This document shows positions 11,630 to 21,600 of a stretch of 64,000 nucleotides of DNA, in pieces. The stretch covers positions 4,448,001 to 4,512,000 of the forward strand of contig CAXXLZ010000002.1 in NCBI GenBank assembly GCA_963675595.2. The letters run 5' to 3'. The first letter of the stretch is position 1; each line of letters begins with the position of its first letter. A program made the translations under genes and the position numbers. The stretch comes from Thermodesulfobacteriota bacterium. GTDB lineage: Bacteria; Desulfobacterota; Desulfarculia; JACQYL01. The notes beneath the pieces were generated by a model, which worked only from the letters and a program-made list of their open reading frames with translations, was not told the origin of the DNA and did no database searches.

Positions 11630-12943
11630 ATGGATAAGATTGGAATCGAAGGTGGTCGGCGCCTTTGCGGGGTCGTGGAGGCGAGCGGAGCCAAGAATGC
11701 CGCTTTGCCGATCCTCGCCTCATCGATTCTGACGGAGGGCCGCAACGTTTTCCGAAGCATTCCAAAGTTGCGGGACGTCGCCACGATCAGAGAGCTGTTG
11801 GGCTCCTTGGGGGTTCGGTTCGAAGAAACGCAGGCCGGCCTGGAGGTGGATGCAACGGACATTTCCGGCTGGGAAGCTCCTTATGATCTGGTAAAGACCA
11901 TGCGCGCTTCGGTACTGGTTTTGGGGCCTCTGGTCGCCCGTTTCGGGAGGGCCAAGGTCTCTTTGCCTGGTGGTTGCGCCATTGGGGCCCGGCCCATCGA
12001 TTTGCATTTGGCCGGTCTAGAAAAGATGGGGGCCGAGATCACCCTTGAGCAGGGATACGTCCTGGCAAGAGCAGGCCGGCTTAAGGGGGCGGAAATCGAT
12101 CTGGATCTGCCTACGGTAACGGGAACCGAAAACCTTCTTATGGCGGCGGGGCTCGCGCAAGGGGTGACGGTAATTCGCAACGCCGCCAAAGAGCCTGAAG
12201 TGGTGGATCTTGCCGAGGCGCTGATCAAAATGGGTGCCCGGATTCAGGGCCAGGGGACTTCGGTCTTGACCGTGGAAGGGGTGGATTCCCTGCACGGTGC
12301 CACGCACACGGTGATTCCCGATCGAATCGAAACCGGGACCTTGATGGTGGCGGGAGCCATCACCGACGGCGACGTTTGGATACGTAACGCAAGGCTGGAT
12401 CATTTGCGCGCTTTCGGAGAGAAACTGTCCGCAGCCGGAGTCGATCTCAGAGAGGAAGCTGAAGGTGGGGTTCGCGTATTGGGTCGACAGGCCGTTCGAG
12501 GCGTGGACATCACTACGGCCCCTTTTCCCGGCTTCCCGACGGACATGCAAGCGCAATTCATGGCTCTCATGAGTATTTCCAATGGTCTGAGCGTGATCAC
12601 GGAAAATGTTTTCGAAAATCGTTTCATGCATGTGAGTGAACTTCGCCGCATGGGAGCCGATGTACAGGTGGTAGGGAGAAATGCGGTGGTTCGGGGCGTT
12701 CCCAAGTTGGATGGAGCCCCCGTCATGGCCACGGACCTTCGTGCCAGTGCCTCCCTTGTGTTGGCCGGTTTGGCGGCGAAGGGGAGAACGGTGGTTGATC
12801 GGGTATATCACCTGGACCGTGGTTACGAAGCGCTCGAACTCAAACTATCTTCACTGGGCGCGGCCATAGAAAGAGTTCAGGAAAAGAAGGCCTCGCAAGC
12901 GGAGTCGGTTCAGGAGGATATGCTGCAGAAACGTATCTTCTGA
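11630..12943 (+). CDS. murA: UDP-N-acetylglucosamine 1-carboxyvinyltransferase
   Basis: [57 protein letters not shown]. Confidence 0.97.
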   Translation: MDKIGIEGGRRLCGVVEASGAKNAALPILASSILTEGRNVFRSIPKLRDVATIRELLGSLGVRFEETQAGLEVDATDISGWEAPYDLVKTMRASVLVLGPLVARFGRAKVSLPGGCAIGARPIDLHLAGLEKMGAEITLEQGYVLARAGRLKGAEIDLDLPTVTGTENLLMAAGLAQGVTVIRNAAKEPEVVDLAEALIKMGARIQGQGTSVLTVEGVDSLHGATHTVIPDRIETGTLMVAGAITDGDVWIRNARLDHLRAFGEKLSAAGVDLREEAEGGVRVLGRQAVRGVDITTAPFPGFPTDMQAQFMALMSISNGLSVITENVFENRFMHVSELRRMGADVQVVGRNAVVRGVPKLDGAPVMATDLRASASLVLAGLAAKGRTVVDRVYHLDRGYEALELKLSSLGAAIERVQEKKASQAESVQEDMLQKRIF

Positions 12944-13024
12944 CCCCTGCCATCCGGTTCCGGTCGTGCCTGAGGGTATAAGGCGTTCATTCCGCCCAAG
13001 CCTGCTCGAGTTCTGGAAACCTTC

Positions 13025-15442
13025 ATGGTGACCCGACCCCTGGTGATTTGCGTCCTATCTTTCGCGGCCGGGATTCTCTCGGCTGCCCAACTCCTCCCTT
13101 TTTCCGGTTCGTTTCTTGTTCCCATTCTTTGTGCATCCGCCGCAGCCCTGGTGTTCGTCGGACTTACCAGGCTCAGGGCGGCCTCATGCGTGTTGTTGTT
13201 TCTTTTGCTCGGAATGCTTTACGGAATGCCTGCGGCTGAGCCGGGGAGAAGTGAAGACCATGTGGTGAGGTTGTGTGACCGGGGAGGTCTTTTCCCGGTG
13301 CTGGCACGAATCGTTGACGACCCGAGACACCAAGAGGATCGGGTGATTTTCACCATTGAGGCCGAGGGACGGCTTAAGGGGGGGCGTTGGGTGCCTTGCC
13401 GAGGAAAAGTCCGCACCACGATCCTGCGGCCGCAACACAATTACTGCTCGGGTCAGTGGTTTGTACTGCCGCTCAAGCCCGGGCGTCCCCGGAACTATCA
13501 AAATCCAGGAGCGTTCGACTACGTTTCGTATCTTGCACGAAGGGGTGTTTATGCCACCGCCTTCCTCAAGAATGATGCAAACGTGGTACCGGTAATTCCT
13601 CAAAGCCGCTCCTTCATGGACAAGGTTCAGGCATTCCGGAGCCGTCTTGCCGAGTTCTTCGAATCCAGACTCGCCCCTTTGGAGAGCTCGGTGCTCAAAG
13701 CAATGGTACTGGGTAACCGGGGATATGTAGGTGCGGAAGTGCGTGAAGCGTTTCAGCGCACGGGCACTGGGCACCTGTTGGCTGTTTCCGGGCTGCATAT
13801 GGGCATGGTGGCTCTCACGTCGTTTTTTGTGATCAACCGGCTGCTCAGGCGAAGCCCTTGGCTGCTCGCCCGGATCAACGTATCCAAGGCGGCCTTGACG
13901 GCGGTCATAGTTCCTTTAGGGGGCTATGCGCTCGTAGCGGGAGGGTCCGTATCCGCTTTACGGGCGTTCTTCATGGTGGTGTGTTTCCTGGCGGCTTGGC
14001 TCCTGGATAGGGACGGGGACCCGTTGTCCGCACTGGCTCTGGCCGGACTGGTGACTTTGGCCGGGCGGCCGCAGGCGATCCAAGAGGTTTCCTTTCAATT
14101 CTCCTATGTTGCCGTCACCGCCCTCATCTGCATGGGAGGACTTGGGCGGACCGGACCCGGCGCGGGAAAAGTCGCCGGGTACGCAAGAGGCCTCGTCGTG
14201 GTGTCTGCCGTTGCGTGGTTGGCGACAACTCCCATTGGGGCGCGACACTTCAATCAGATTTCTTTGCTCAGCGTTCCCGCCAACTGCCTACTGGTGCCCG
14301 TGGTCGGACTTTGGGTGCTTCCATTGGGGCTGCTCTCCGCACTGCTTCATCCATTACAGTCGAGTCTTTCGGGCTGGGTGTTGGATATCGCCGCCTTTCC
14401 ACTATACTGGGCTGCGGATGCCGTCCGAACCATTGCCCGTTGGCCTTGGTGCACGGTAAAGGTGTTTACTCCTCGCTGGATCGAGATCGCGGGTTTTCTA
14501 ACCGTACTCCTGCTCGCATTGAACTTTCGACGATGGAAAGGGGCCAAATGGGCGATTGCCGGTGTCCTGGTATTGGGTCTCGCGGATACGGCCTACTGGG
14601 TATATCGTTCGATGAGTCCTCAAGAGTTTTCCATTACTTTCTTGGATGTAGGACAGGGGAATTCTGCAGTGGTGACATTTCCCGGCGGATCCGTGATGGT
14701 TGTCGACGGTGGGGGTACGTGGTCGGAATCATTTGACATGGGTGAACGGGTGGTGGCTCCCTATTTGTGGTGGAATCGGATTATGCATGTGGACACTTTG
14801 GTGCTGACTCATGCTGAAAGGGACCATATGGAGGGTCTGGTCTATTTGGCGGAGCACTTCGGGGTTCGAGAGCTGTGGACTTCGGGCCGAGAAGGAGATT
14901 CGGAAGTCTGGCGGCGTCTCATGGAAGTCGTTGGAAGAAAGGGAATCCGCCATCGCGTGATGTCGGCGGAGATGCCGACGGTGGTGACGGGCGGCGTGTC
15001 GACACGAGTGCTTCATCCGGGGAGGGCGACGGTAGGCGATGAGGGAATGAGCTGGAATTCCAACAACTACTCCCTTGTGCTGCAGATGAGCATGGACGGT
15101 TTGGGCGTGCTCTTGCCGGGAGATATCGAGGCGCTGGGGGAAGAGGCTTTGGTGGTTTCAGGTACTTCCTTGTCGTCGGACGTGATTCTTGCGCCGCATC
15201 ACGGTAGCGGGACATCGAGCACCAATCTGTTTCTGGACGCCGTGAATCCGGGTGTTGTGGTATTTAGCGCAGGGTCGAGAAACCCATGGGGATTTCCGGC
15301 GGCAGACGTGGTGCGCAGGTATTCCGAGCGAGGTTGCGCGGTCTACCGAACGGACCGTGACGGCGCGGTGAGTCTGGTCGCAAATGAGGGAGGAGTTGCG
15401 GTGCGAACGTACGTGGGGCGGAATTCCGGCGGAGAACCTTGA
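13025..15442 (+). CDS. comEC: DNA uptake competence protein ComEC/Rec2
   Basis: NPGAFDY, HLLAVSGLH, FQFSY, and a metallo-beta-lactamase domain (LDVGQG, THAERDH, PHHGS). Confidence 0.92.
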   Translation: MVTRPLVICVLSFAAGILSAAQLLPFSGSFLVPILCASAAALVFVGLTRLRAASCVLLFLLLGMLYGMPAAEPGRSEDHVVRLCDRGGLFPVLARIVDDPRHQEDRVIFTIEAEGRLKGGRWVPCRGKVRTTILRPQHNYCSGQWFVLPLKPGRPRNYQNPGAFDYVSYLARRGVYATAFLKNDANVVPVIPQSRSFMDKVQAFRSRLAEFFESRLAPLESSVLKAMVLGNRGYVGAEVREAFQRTGTGHLLAVSGLHMGMVALTSFFVINRLLRRSPWLLARINVSKAALTAVIVPLGGYALVAGGSVSALRAFFMVVCFLAAWLLDRDGDPLSALALAGLVTLAGRPQAIQEVSFQFSYVAVTALICMGGLGRTGPGAGKVAGYARGLVVVSAVAWLATTPIGARHFNQISLLSVPANCLLVPVVGLWVLPLGLLSALLHPLQSSLSGWVLDIAAFPLYWAADAVRTIARWPWCTVKVFTPRWIEIAGFLTVLLLALNFRRWKGAKWAIAGVLVLGLADTAYWVYRSMSPQEFSITFLDVGQGNSAVVTFPGGSVMVVDGGGTWSESFDMGERVVAPYLWWNRIMHVDTLVLTHAERDHMEGLVYLAEHFGVRELWTSGREGDSEVWRRLMEVVGRKGIRHRVMSAEMPTVVTGGVSTRVLHPGRATVGDEGMSWNSNNYSLVLQMSMDGLGVLLPGDIEALGEEALVVSGTSLSSDVILAPHHGSGTSSTNLFLDAVNPGVVVFSAGSRNPWGFPAADVVRRYSERGCAVYRTDRDGAVSLVANEGGVAVRTYVGRNSGGEP

Positions 15443-16084
15443 TGGGATGAAGAGTAAGGGGGCTGAATTCATGGTCGAGGGAATAGGTGCCCGCACCGTC
15501 GAACAGCCTGAATTAGTCGAATGCGACGCCTAGTGATTTGCTCGGCGATCATGATGCCGAAACGGTTCGGACATAACGAAACTTGTCGGCTCGGAGGTAA
15601 GAAGTCTCTCCCTTTGGAACTTGCCGCGGGATCCTCGGAGAGAAAGGGGAAAGGGCCGGGATATGTCCGGCATACATAATGGTCCAGGTGCAGGAAATCT
15701 CTTGCTAAACTCCGTTGATTTGTGTAAAGTTCCCAACGGATTATCAGGCCGAATGCCGAATAATCGAGCGTATATTGAATTTTCCAAAGAAATCGGGAGA
15801 ACTCTTCGAAGACACCATAAGAGATGGTGAAGCAACTTCACGGCCTGCGTGTGGATACTCGTGATGTGTCTTTGAAAGAACAATCTTACGATCTGTAATG
15901 CATTCATGGTTCGGTTTCGAGTCCTTCCGGTGCGCGGCGGAACAAAGGCGGCTCTCACGATTCGGAGGACGGGTGGCTCATTCCGACCGGCGGTGGGCGA
16001 AATGGTCCGGGCGGAGAAACAACGGTCCGGCGAATGCGAGGCGGGATCCGCAGCGGATGTGCTTTGTGGCCTTGTGTGCATGAG

Positions 16085-16098
16085 GGCATAATTCTTGC
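16085..16098 (+). promoter_or_regulatory. Probable sigma54 (-24/-12) promoter for the large surface protein
   Basis: GGCATAATTCTTGC gives GG-N10-GC with TTGC at -12, in an ~880-bp intergenic region with room for an upstream activator site. Confidence 0.55.
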
Positions 16099-16319
16099 TT
16101 TCAGTTAGTGAAGGGTTTTTTTGTCCTTCCTTCACACTTACGTTTTCGATGTATGGAAGAAATTTGGGTGAGCCGAAAGGGGGAAAGCCGGTCGGCCGGT
16201 GTGAGATGCCGGTGGCGAGGGCCGCACCGCGGCCGGAGCATCGCGGAAACCGCGCGCCCTTCGTGGGGGCAGCGTGAAGATAAATTAAGCGACATTTTTT
16301 TGGAATAGGAGCGAACCAA

Positions 16320-19300
16320 ATGAAAGTACGTTACGTTCGGCTGTTATTCATCGCTGTCGCCCTGTGCTGCGTGGTCCTGCCCGCGATGCAGGCAAAGGCC
16401 GCGGTGGACATTGCGGGGTGGGACCATTCCATGGTCTTGGTCAATTGTCCCATCCACACCGGTGTTCTCGCCACGCGCACGGTGACGGCATTCGGCGACA
16501 ACACCCATTACCAGTTCGGTAACCCTGCGTTGGGGGCCGGACCGGGAGTGGTGCTCAACGGCGCCACGACTAATCCGCTGTATGGGGTCATTGCGGTGGC
16601 GGCGGGAGAACGTCATACGATCTTCCTCAGGTCCAACGGCACGGTGTGGATCGCCGGGACACAGTTGCCGGGCCACAGCGGCAGCGGGGAGGCTGTAAAT
16701 TATATGGCTTCTCCGGTTCCCTGGCTGACCAACGTGGTGGCCATCGCCGCCGGAAGGTATCATTCCATGGCACTCACCTCGGCGGGCCTGCTCTACACTT
16801 GGGGGCTGAACACCAACGGGGAATTGGGTTTGGGGAACACCACGCACACTCCCTATCCCAAGCTCGTGGCCGGAACTTATCGGGCCATCGCCGGGGGGTG
16901 GGAACATTCCGCCGCGGTGGGAACCGACGGAAAACTGTATTTGTGGGGGAAAAACGCCTCCGGTCAGCTCGGGGACGGCACCGTGGCGCAGAGTCTTTCT
17001 CCCAAGGTGCTCTCTTCCTCCAGCAACGTCATTGACGTGGCTCTCGGCAAAGGCTTCACCATCTATGTTCAGGGCGACGGCACCGTCTACGGCATGGGAA
17101 GGAACGACAAAGGCCAATTGGGCTTGGGGGATTTCACCAACCGATTGACCCCCGTTGCCATCGACGGGCTTGAGCGTGCCGATAACCCCGATGCGCGCGT
17201 TTTCGACGTGGCGGCCGGCGAAAATCATGCCTTGGCGTTGTACGATGACGGAATCATCTATTCCTGGGGCGACAACGCCTGGGGGCAGCTCGGCAACGGG
17301 GCGTTCGCCGAAGTCAAGAATATTCCCGTGAAAGTCAACAACATCAATTCCGGCGGCCAGATCGATGCGGGCGCCAACCACTCCATGGTGGTGACCAACG
17401 CCGGCTGCGATACGGCCGGCGGGGTCTACATGTGGGGTCTGAACAATAAGCGGCAGGTGGTTCCCACCGGCACGCCCGCTGAATTTTACGTGAACCCCAC
17501 CACCATCGGATTGACCACCTGTTCCCAACTACCCACTTTGTACCTGTCAAACAACAGTTGCGTGGAAACCACCGACCCCGAACAGCAGATCGAGGTGGCG
17601 GTGAATATGGTGGATGCCGTCAACCCGGTGAAGTTTCTCAAATTCGACATCGTCTTCCCGGATACTTGTCTGACGTGGACCGGTATGAACACCGCCAGCC
17701 CGTCTTTGCTTCAGAACTGGACCAAGTCCTGGGTTCGAACGGGGAACCGCATTCGCACCATTTTCACCATCGGAGCGGACGCGAGCAAGACTCTGGCGGC
17801 AGGCACCAGCGGGAAACTCTTCGGCATCAAATTCAACGTCAACGACTGCCGATGCGACTGCGCCGACGTTTACCTGGACTCTCTTCCGGACCAGGCCAGT
17901 CCCGATTCGGATGATACGTTGCTCTTCGGTATATACGGGACCGCCGACGACGTAACCGCTGCGGACAACTGGTGCCAGGATTGGGGCAAGGTGACCCGCG
18001 TTCCCATTATCGAAGAATTTACGGCCAACGACATGAGCGTTGCGGAGATCGAGCAGGGAGACCCGGTGACCCTCCAGTGGTCGGTGGATCCCAACGACAC
18101 CGTACCGACCGTGTTCCTGGTGCCCAACCCGGACGACGGAGTGGTTGTCTTTGTTGAAGAATTGTGGTCGCTGTACGGCGGAGTGGGCACCAAGGACGAC
18201 AATCCCGTCTATGATACCGTGTACGGACTCATCATCAACAACAGCTGCGGTGGAGCGGCCTCCGAGTCCGTGACCGTGGACGTGACCAACGTCGGCCCCC
18301 AACCGCCGGTAGCCGTGATCACCGAACCGGCGGCCGCGACCAGCACGGTGGACCGGGCCACGACGAGTATCGTGTATCTCGACGGCTGCGCTTCCTACAC
18401 CGTGCCGGCGGGGGGGACCCTGTCCTACCTTTGGCAGAAAGTAAGCGGCCCAGCCGTCACCATTCAGAATACCGGTACACCGTGTCGAGCCTACTTCGTG
18501 CCTCCGACAACCACGGGAACCCTCGTGTTCTCCTTGACGGTGACCGATACTTCCACGGCGCTCACCGACGTGGAAACGCGCACCATCATCATTACCGACA
18601 GCGGATCCGGGGGCGGCAACACGGCTCCGGTGGCCGACGCGGGTCCGGAAACGGTGACCGTGCTGGAAGGCCAGACCGTGGTGTTGAGCGGTGTGAATTC
18701 CTATGATCCGGATGGAGACACGCTCACCTACCTCTGGGAGCAGATATCCGGTCCTGCGATCACCATCGCTGCGCCGACCAACGCGACCACCTCTTTTGTG
18801 GCTCCGGCCGTGGGTTCCTCCGGCGCGGAAATCGTGATCCGTCTGACGGTTCGGGATACGTCCAACGCAGCGGACACGGATTCTCTTCTGGTGGGCGTGG
18901 TGCCCGAAGGTTCGGAAACCAACAACCCGCCGGTGGCCGTCATTGCCGGTGCCGAAACCCAGGTGGCCGTGCCGGGTCAGACTTTCACCCTCAATGGAGC
19001 CGGTTCGTACGATCCGGACGGAGACACCATTACCTACAAGTGGGTACAGATATCCGGACCCACCGTCACCATCAACGGCTCCACTTCGGCAACCGCGAGC
19101 TTCCTGGTCCCGAATGTGACGGGTAGTGCGGAAATCGTCATTCAGCTCCAGGTAAGGGATACCAGCAGCGCCTTGGGCACCGACGGAATCCTCATTGGAG
19201 TAGTGAGTGAAACACCCACCGAAAACGACCCGCCCGTGGCCAACGCAGGTCCTGACCAGGTAGTGACGACCGGACAGGTTGTCATTCTCGACGGCACCGG

Positions 19301-20441
19301 TTCCTATGATCCCGACGGAGATACGTTGACCTACCAGTGGGGTCTTACCTCCGGTCCCGCCGTGGCATTAAGCAGCGACACGTCCGCCTCGCCGACCTTT
19401 ACCGCTCCCTCTGTGGGGAGTTCGGGGGCCACGTTGGTGTTCACCCTCCAGGTGGGCGACGGTAAGGGCGGAGCCGCCTCCGATACCGTGCAGATCTTCG
19501 TGGAAAGTGCCGGACCTCCGGTGGCCAACGCCGGACCGGATCAGGTGGTGATGGAAGGCCAAACGGTGATTCTGAACGGGTCCAATTCCTATGATCCCAA
19601 GGGCGGACCGCTGACCTTCGCATGGACCTTGCTCAACCAGGGCATCTCCATTGATCCGGAGGACGACACGGGAATCGTTACCTGGTTCCAAGCGCCTTCC
19701 GTGCCCGCAGGCACCGGCCCGGACGGCATCGTGTTGAACATTAAACTGACCGTTGCGGACCAGTACCTGGAAACAGCGACCGATCAGGTCAACATTACCG
19801 TGCTGCCGGCCGCATCCTTGTCGCCCGTGACCGTGGGAGGCATCTACAAGAACGTGCCCATGGGATCGGGAGATACCGTATCGTGGAACGCGTACCTGCA
19901 GACCTACACGGACGGTTCGTTGCTGGTGATCCTGACCCAGGACTTGGTGAAGTTTTACGTGTTCACGGATTCGGATTGGACCGACGGCGTGACCATGAAG
20001 GCGGACGACACCGGATCGGGACTCAACCTGACCCTTGAGTACAACGGGGACGGCAGCATGTCGGCCGGCTTGGTCAACGGAGGCGATCCCATCGCGTTCA
20101 CTTTGTACAAGTGGTTCGAGTCCATAGACAGCGACTCTCCGCTGGATGGAATCCACAAAGAGTTGTTCAAGATCAATCTGTTTGCCCAAACCTATAAGGC
20201 ATACCAATCGGCGATCTTCATCTATACGGTGGATTACTCGAAGTTCTACGTATTCGTGGATCCTGATTGGACCGATGGAACCAGCCTGACCAACGATGAG
20301 GGAAATCACGGCTGGGATATGAATCTGGTCGAGGATGGAGGGGAGGCCACGCACATCGCCACCCTGACCCTTGATAGCGGAATTCCCAACGCCTACAATC
20401 TGGTGAAGGTTATGGATGCTCCGGCCTACCAGGCCGAGTGA
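16320..20441 (+). CDS. Large secreted surface protein: signal peptide, RCC1-like beta-propeller, cohesin-like and Ig-like domains, five PKD-like repeats, two copies of an unrecognised C-terminal domain
   Basis: Signal peptide ending AKA; repeated IAAG..HS.A..WG.N..GQLG; KFLKFDIVF...GKLFGIKFNV; 5x PVA.AG...L.G..SYDPDGD.LTY.W.Q.SGP. Confidence 0.85.
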   Translation: MKVRYVRLLFIAVALCCVVLPAMQAKAAVDIAGWDHSMVLVNCPIHTGVLATRTVTAFGDNTHYQFGNPALGAGPGVVLNGATTNPLYGVIAVAAGERHTIFLRSNGTVWIAGTQLPGHSGSGEAVNYMASPVPWLTNVVAIAAGRYHSMALTSAGLLYTWGLNTNGELGLGNTTHTPYPKLVAGTYRAIAGGWEHSAAVGTDGKLYLWGKNASGQLGDGTVAQSLSPKVLSSSSNVIDVALGKGFTIYVQGDGTVYGMGRNDKGQLGLGDFTNRLTPVAIDGLERADNPDARVFDVAAGENHALALYDDGIIYSWGDNAWGQLGNGAFAEVKNIPVKVNNINSGGQIDAGANHSMVVTNAGCDTAGGVYMWGLNNKRQVVPTGTPAEFYVNPTTIGLTTCSQLPTLYLSNNSCVETTDPEQQIEVAVNMVDAVNPVKFLKFDIVFPDTCLTWTGMNTASPSLLQNWTKSWVRTGNRIRTIFTIGADASKTLAAGTSGKLFGIKFNVNDCRCDCADVYLDSLPDQASPDSDDTLLFGIYGTADDVTAADNWCQDWGKVTRVPIIEEFTANDMSVAEIEQGDPVTLQWSVDPNDTVPTVFLVPNPDDGVVVFVEELWSLYGGVGTKDDNPVYDTVYGLIINNSCGGAASESVTVDVTNVGPQPPVAVITEPAAATSTVDRATTSIVYLDGCASYTVPAGGTLSYLWQKVSGPAVTIQNTGTPCRAYFVPPTTTGTLVFSLTVTDTSTALTDVETRTIIITDSGSGGGNTAPVADAGPETVTVLEGQTVVLSGVNSYDPDGDTLTYLWEQISGPAITIAAPTNATTSFVAPAVGSSGAEIVIRLTVRDTSNAADTDSLLVGVVPEGSETNNPPVAVIAGAETQVAVPGQTFTLNGAGSYDPDGDTITYKWVQISGPTVTINGSTSATASFLVPNVTGSAEIVIQLQVRDTSSALGTDGILIGVVSETPTENDPPVANAGPDQVVTTGQVVILDGTGSYDPDGDTLTYQWGLTSGPAVALSSDTSASPTFTAPSVGSSGATLVFTLQVGDGKGGAASDTVQIFVESAGPPVANAGPDQVVMEGQTVILNGSNSYDPKGGPLTFAWTLLNQGISIDPEDDTGIVTWFQAPSVPAGTGPDGIVLNIKLTVADQYLETATDQVNITVLPAASLSPVTVGGIYKNVPMGSGDTVSWNAYLQTYTDGSLLVILTQDLVKFYVFTDSDWTDGVTMKADDTGSGLNLTLEYNGDGSMSAGLVNGGDPIAFTLYKWFESIDSDSPLDGIHKELFKINLFAQTYKAYQSAIFIYTVDYSKFYVFVDPDWTDGTSLTNDEGNHGWDMNLVEDGGEATHIATLTLDSGIPNAYNLVKVMDAPAYQAE

Positions 20442-20472
20442 TCCTGAAGTACAAGATCACCTGATTTGAATC

Positions 20473-20506
20473 AAAAGGCCCCGGCTTGGAAGTCGGGGCC
20501 TTTTTT
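20473..20506 (+). terminator. Intrinsic terminator
   Basis: AAAAGGCCCCGGCTT-GG-AAGTCGGGGCCTTTTTT. Confidence 0.85.
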
Positions 20507-20746
20507 CGTCATAGGATCGAGATGTCGCAGACGGCGGGCCGGAACCCGAGGCGTCGTCCGCCGTCGTCCCTCATCACCTCGGATCGTGAACGCGAAGAAC
20601 AAGAAATATCCCTCTCATCCGAGCGCTTTTCGGATTGCTTGAGTAGGGAGGTCACTTTGAATAGTCTGGAGTTCGCGAACTTGGTTTCGGACAAGGTGGA
20701 ACGGTATGTTTGATGGGTCGATTTCCCAAGTCGCGGGAGGGGGCAT

Positions 20747-21409
20747 TTGAGAAATCTTGTCGTGGTCGGCGCGTCGGGTCACTGCAAAGTCGTTTTGGAT
20801 GCGGTGGAGAAGTCCGATTCGTTCCGAGTCATGGGGCTTCTGGACGCCGGCGGGACGCCGGGGGCGGAGTGGTTCGGCTACAGGATTCTTGGGGCGGAAG
20901 ACCGTCTGCCCGAACTGGTTGCCTCGGAAAATGTGGAGTCCTATGTAGTGGCGGTTGGGGACAACTGGACACGAAGACGGATCGCTTTGTCCATGGAGTC
21001 CATCGCACCGGGACTCCCCATGGCCGCCGTAGTCCATCCGTCCGCTCAGATCGCGAGAGGCGCTCGAATCGAAGAGGGGGCCGTGGTTCTGGCCGGTGCG
21101 GTGATCGGCAGTGATGCTCGAGTCGGCAGGGGATGTATTGTGAACACCCGTGCCTCACTGGACCATGACTCCGTCATGGAGGAATTCGCAAGTCTGGCTC
21201 CGGGAGTCACAGTGGGGGGGAATGTTCGAATAGGGGTCTGTTCCGCGGTTTCCATCGGGGCTCAGGTGATCCACGGTGTCCATATAGGAAACCACACGGT
21301 AATTGGGGCGGGCGCTACGGTACTAAGAGACTTTCCCGACCATTGTATGGCTTGGGGGACGCCTGCACGGGTGATCCGCGGACGGGACGAAGGAGAAAAG
21401 TACCTTTGA
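20747..21409 (+). CDS. Sugar acetyltransferase, NeuD/PglD family
   Basis: VVGASGHCKVV, VAVGDN..R, HPSA, hexapeptide repeats, DHD, GTPARVIR. Confidence 0.88.
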   Translation: MRNLVVVGASGHCKVVLDAVEKSDSFRVMGLLDAGGTPGAEWFGYRILGAEDRLPELVASENVESYVVAVGDNWTRRRIALSMESIAPGLPMAAVVHPSAQIARGARIEEGAVVLAGAVIGSDARVGRGCIVNTRASLDHDSVMEEFASLAPGVTVGGNVRIGVCSAVSIGAQVIHGVHIGNHTVIGAGATVLRDFPDHCMAWGTPARVIRGRDEGEKYL

Positions 21410-21600
21410 CCGGGAAATACTACTTTCATCCTCAAGTCGGCACCAGCCGTCAAAGATCGGGATGCGCCGATGGAGGTTCGCCTTCCGTGTCCCTTGAAGC
21501 GGGATTCGTAGGCGACGAAACCATGGGACTGTCGCACATCGTTGAGTCCCCGCCGGTTGCGGAGGAATCTCGGAGCCGCGTCGCAATGGGAGTCGGTAGG

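Noticed and set aside
15530-16135. 201-aa minus-strand ORF and other short ORFs between comEC and the surface protein
   Set aside because: No motifs or clear RBS; the region looks regulatory
16168-16275. c-di-GMP-I/II or yybP riboswitch
   Set aside because: Lacks the core motifs (GGCAAAC...GCAAAGC; GGGGAGUAGC...GAGACC); kept only as an unclassified structured leader
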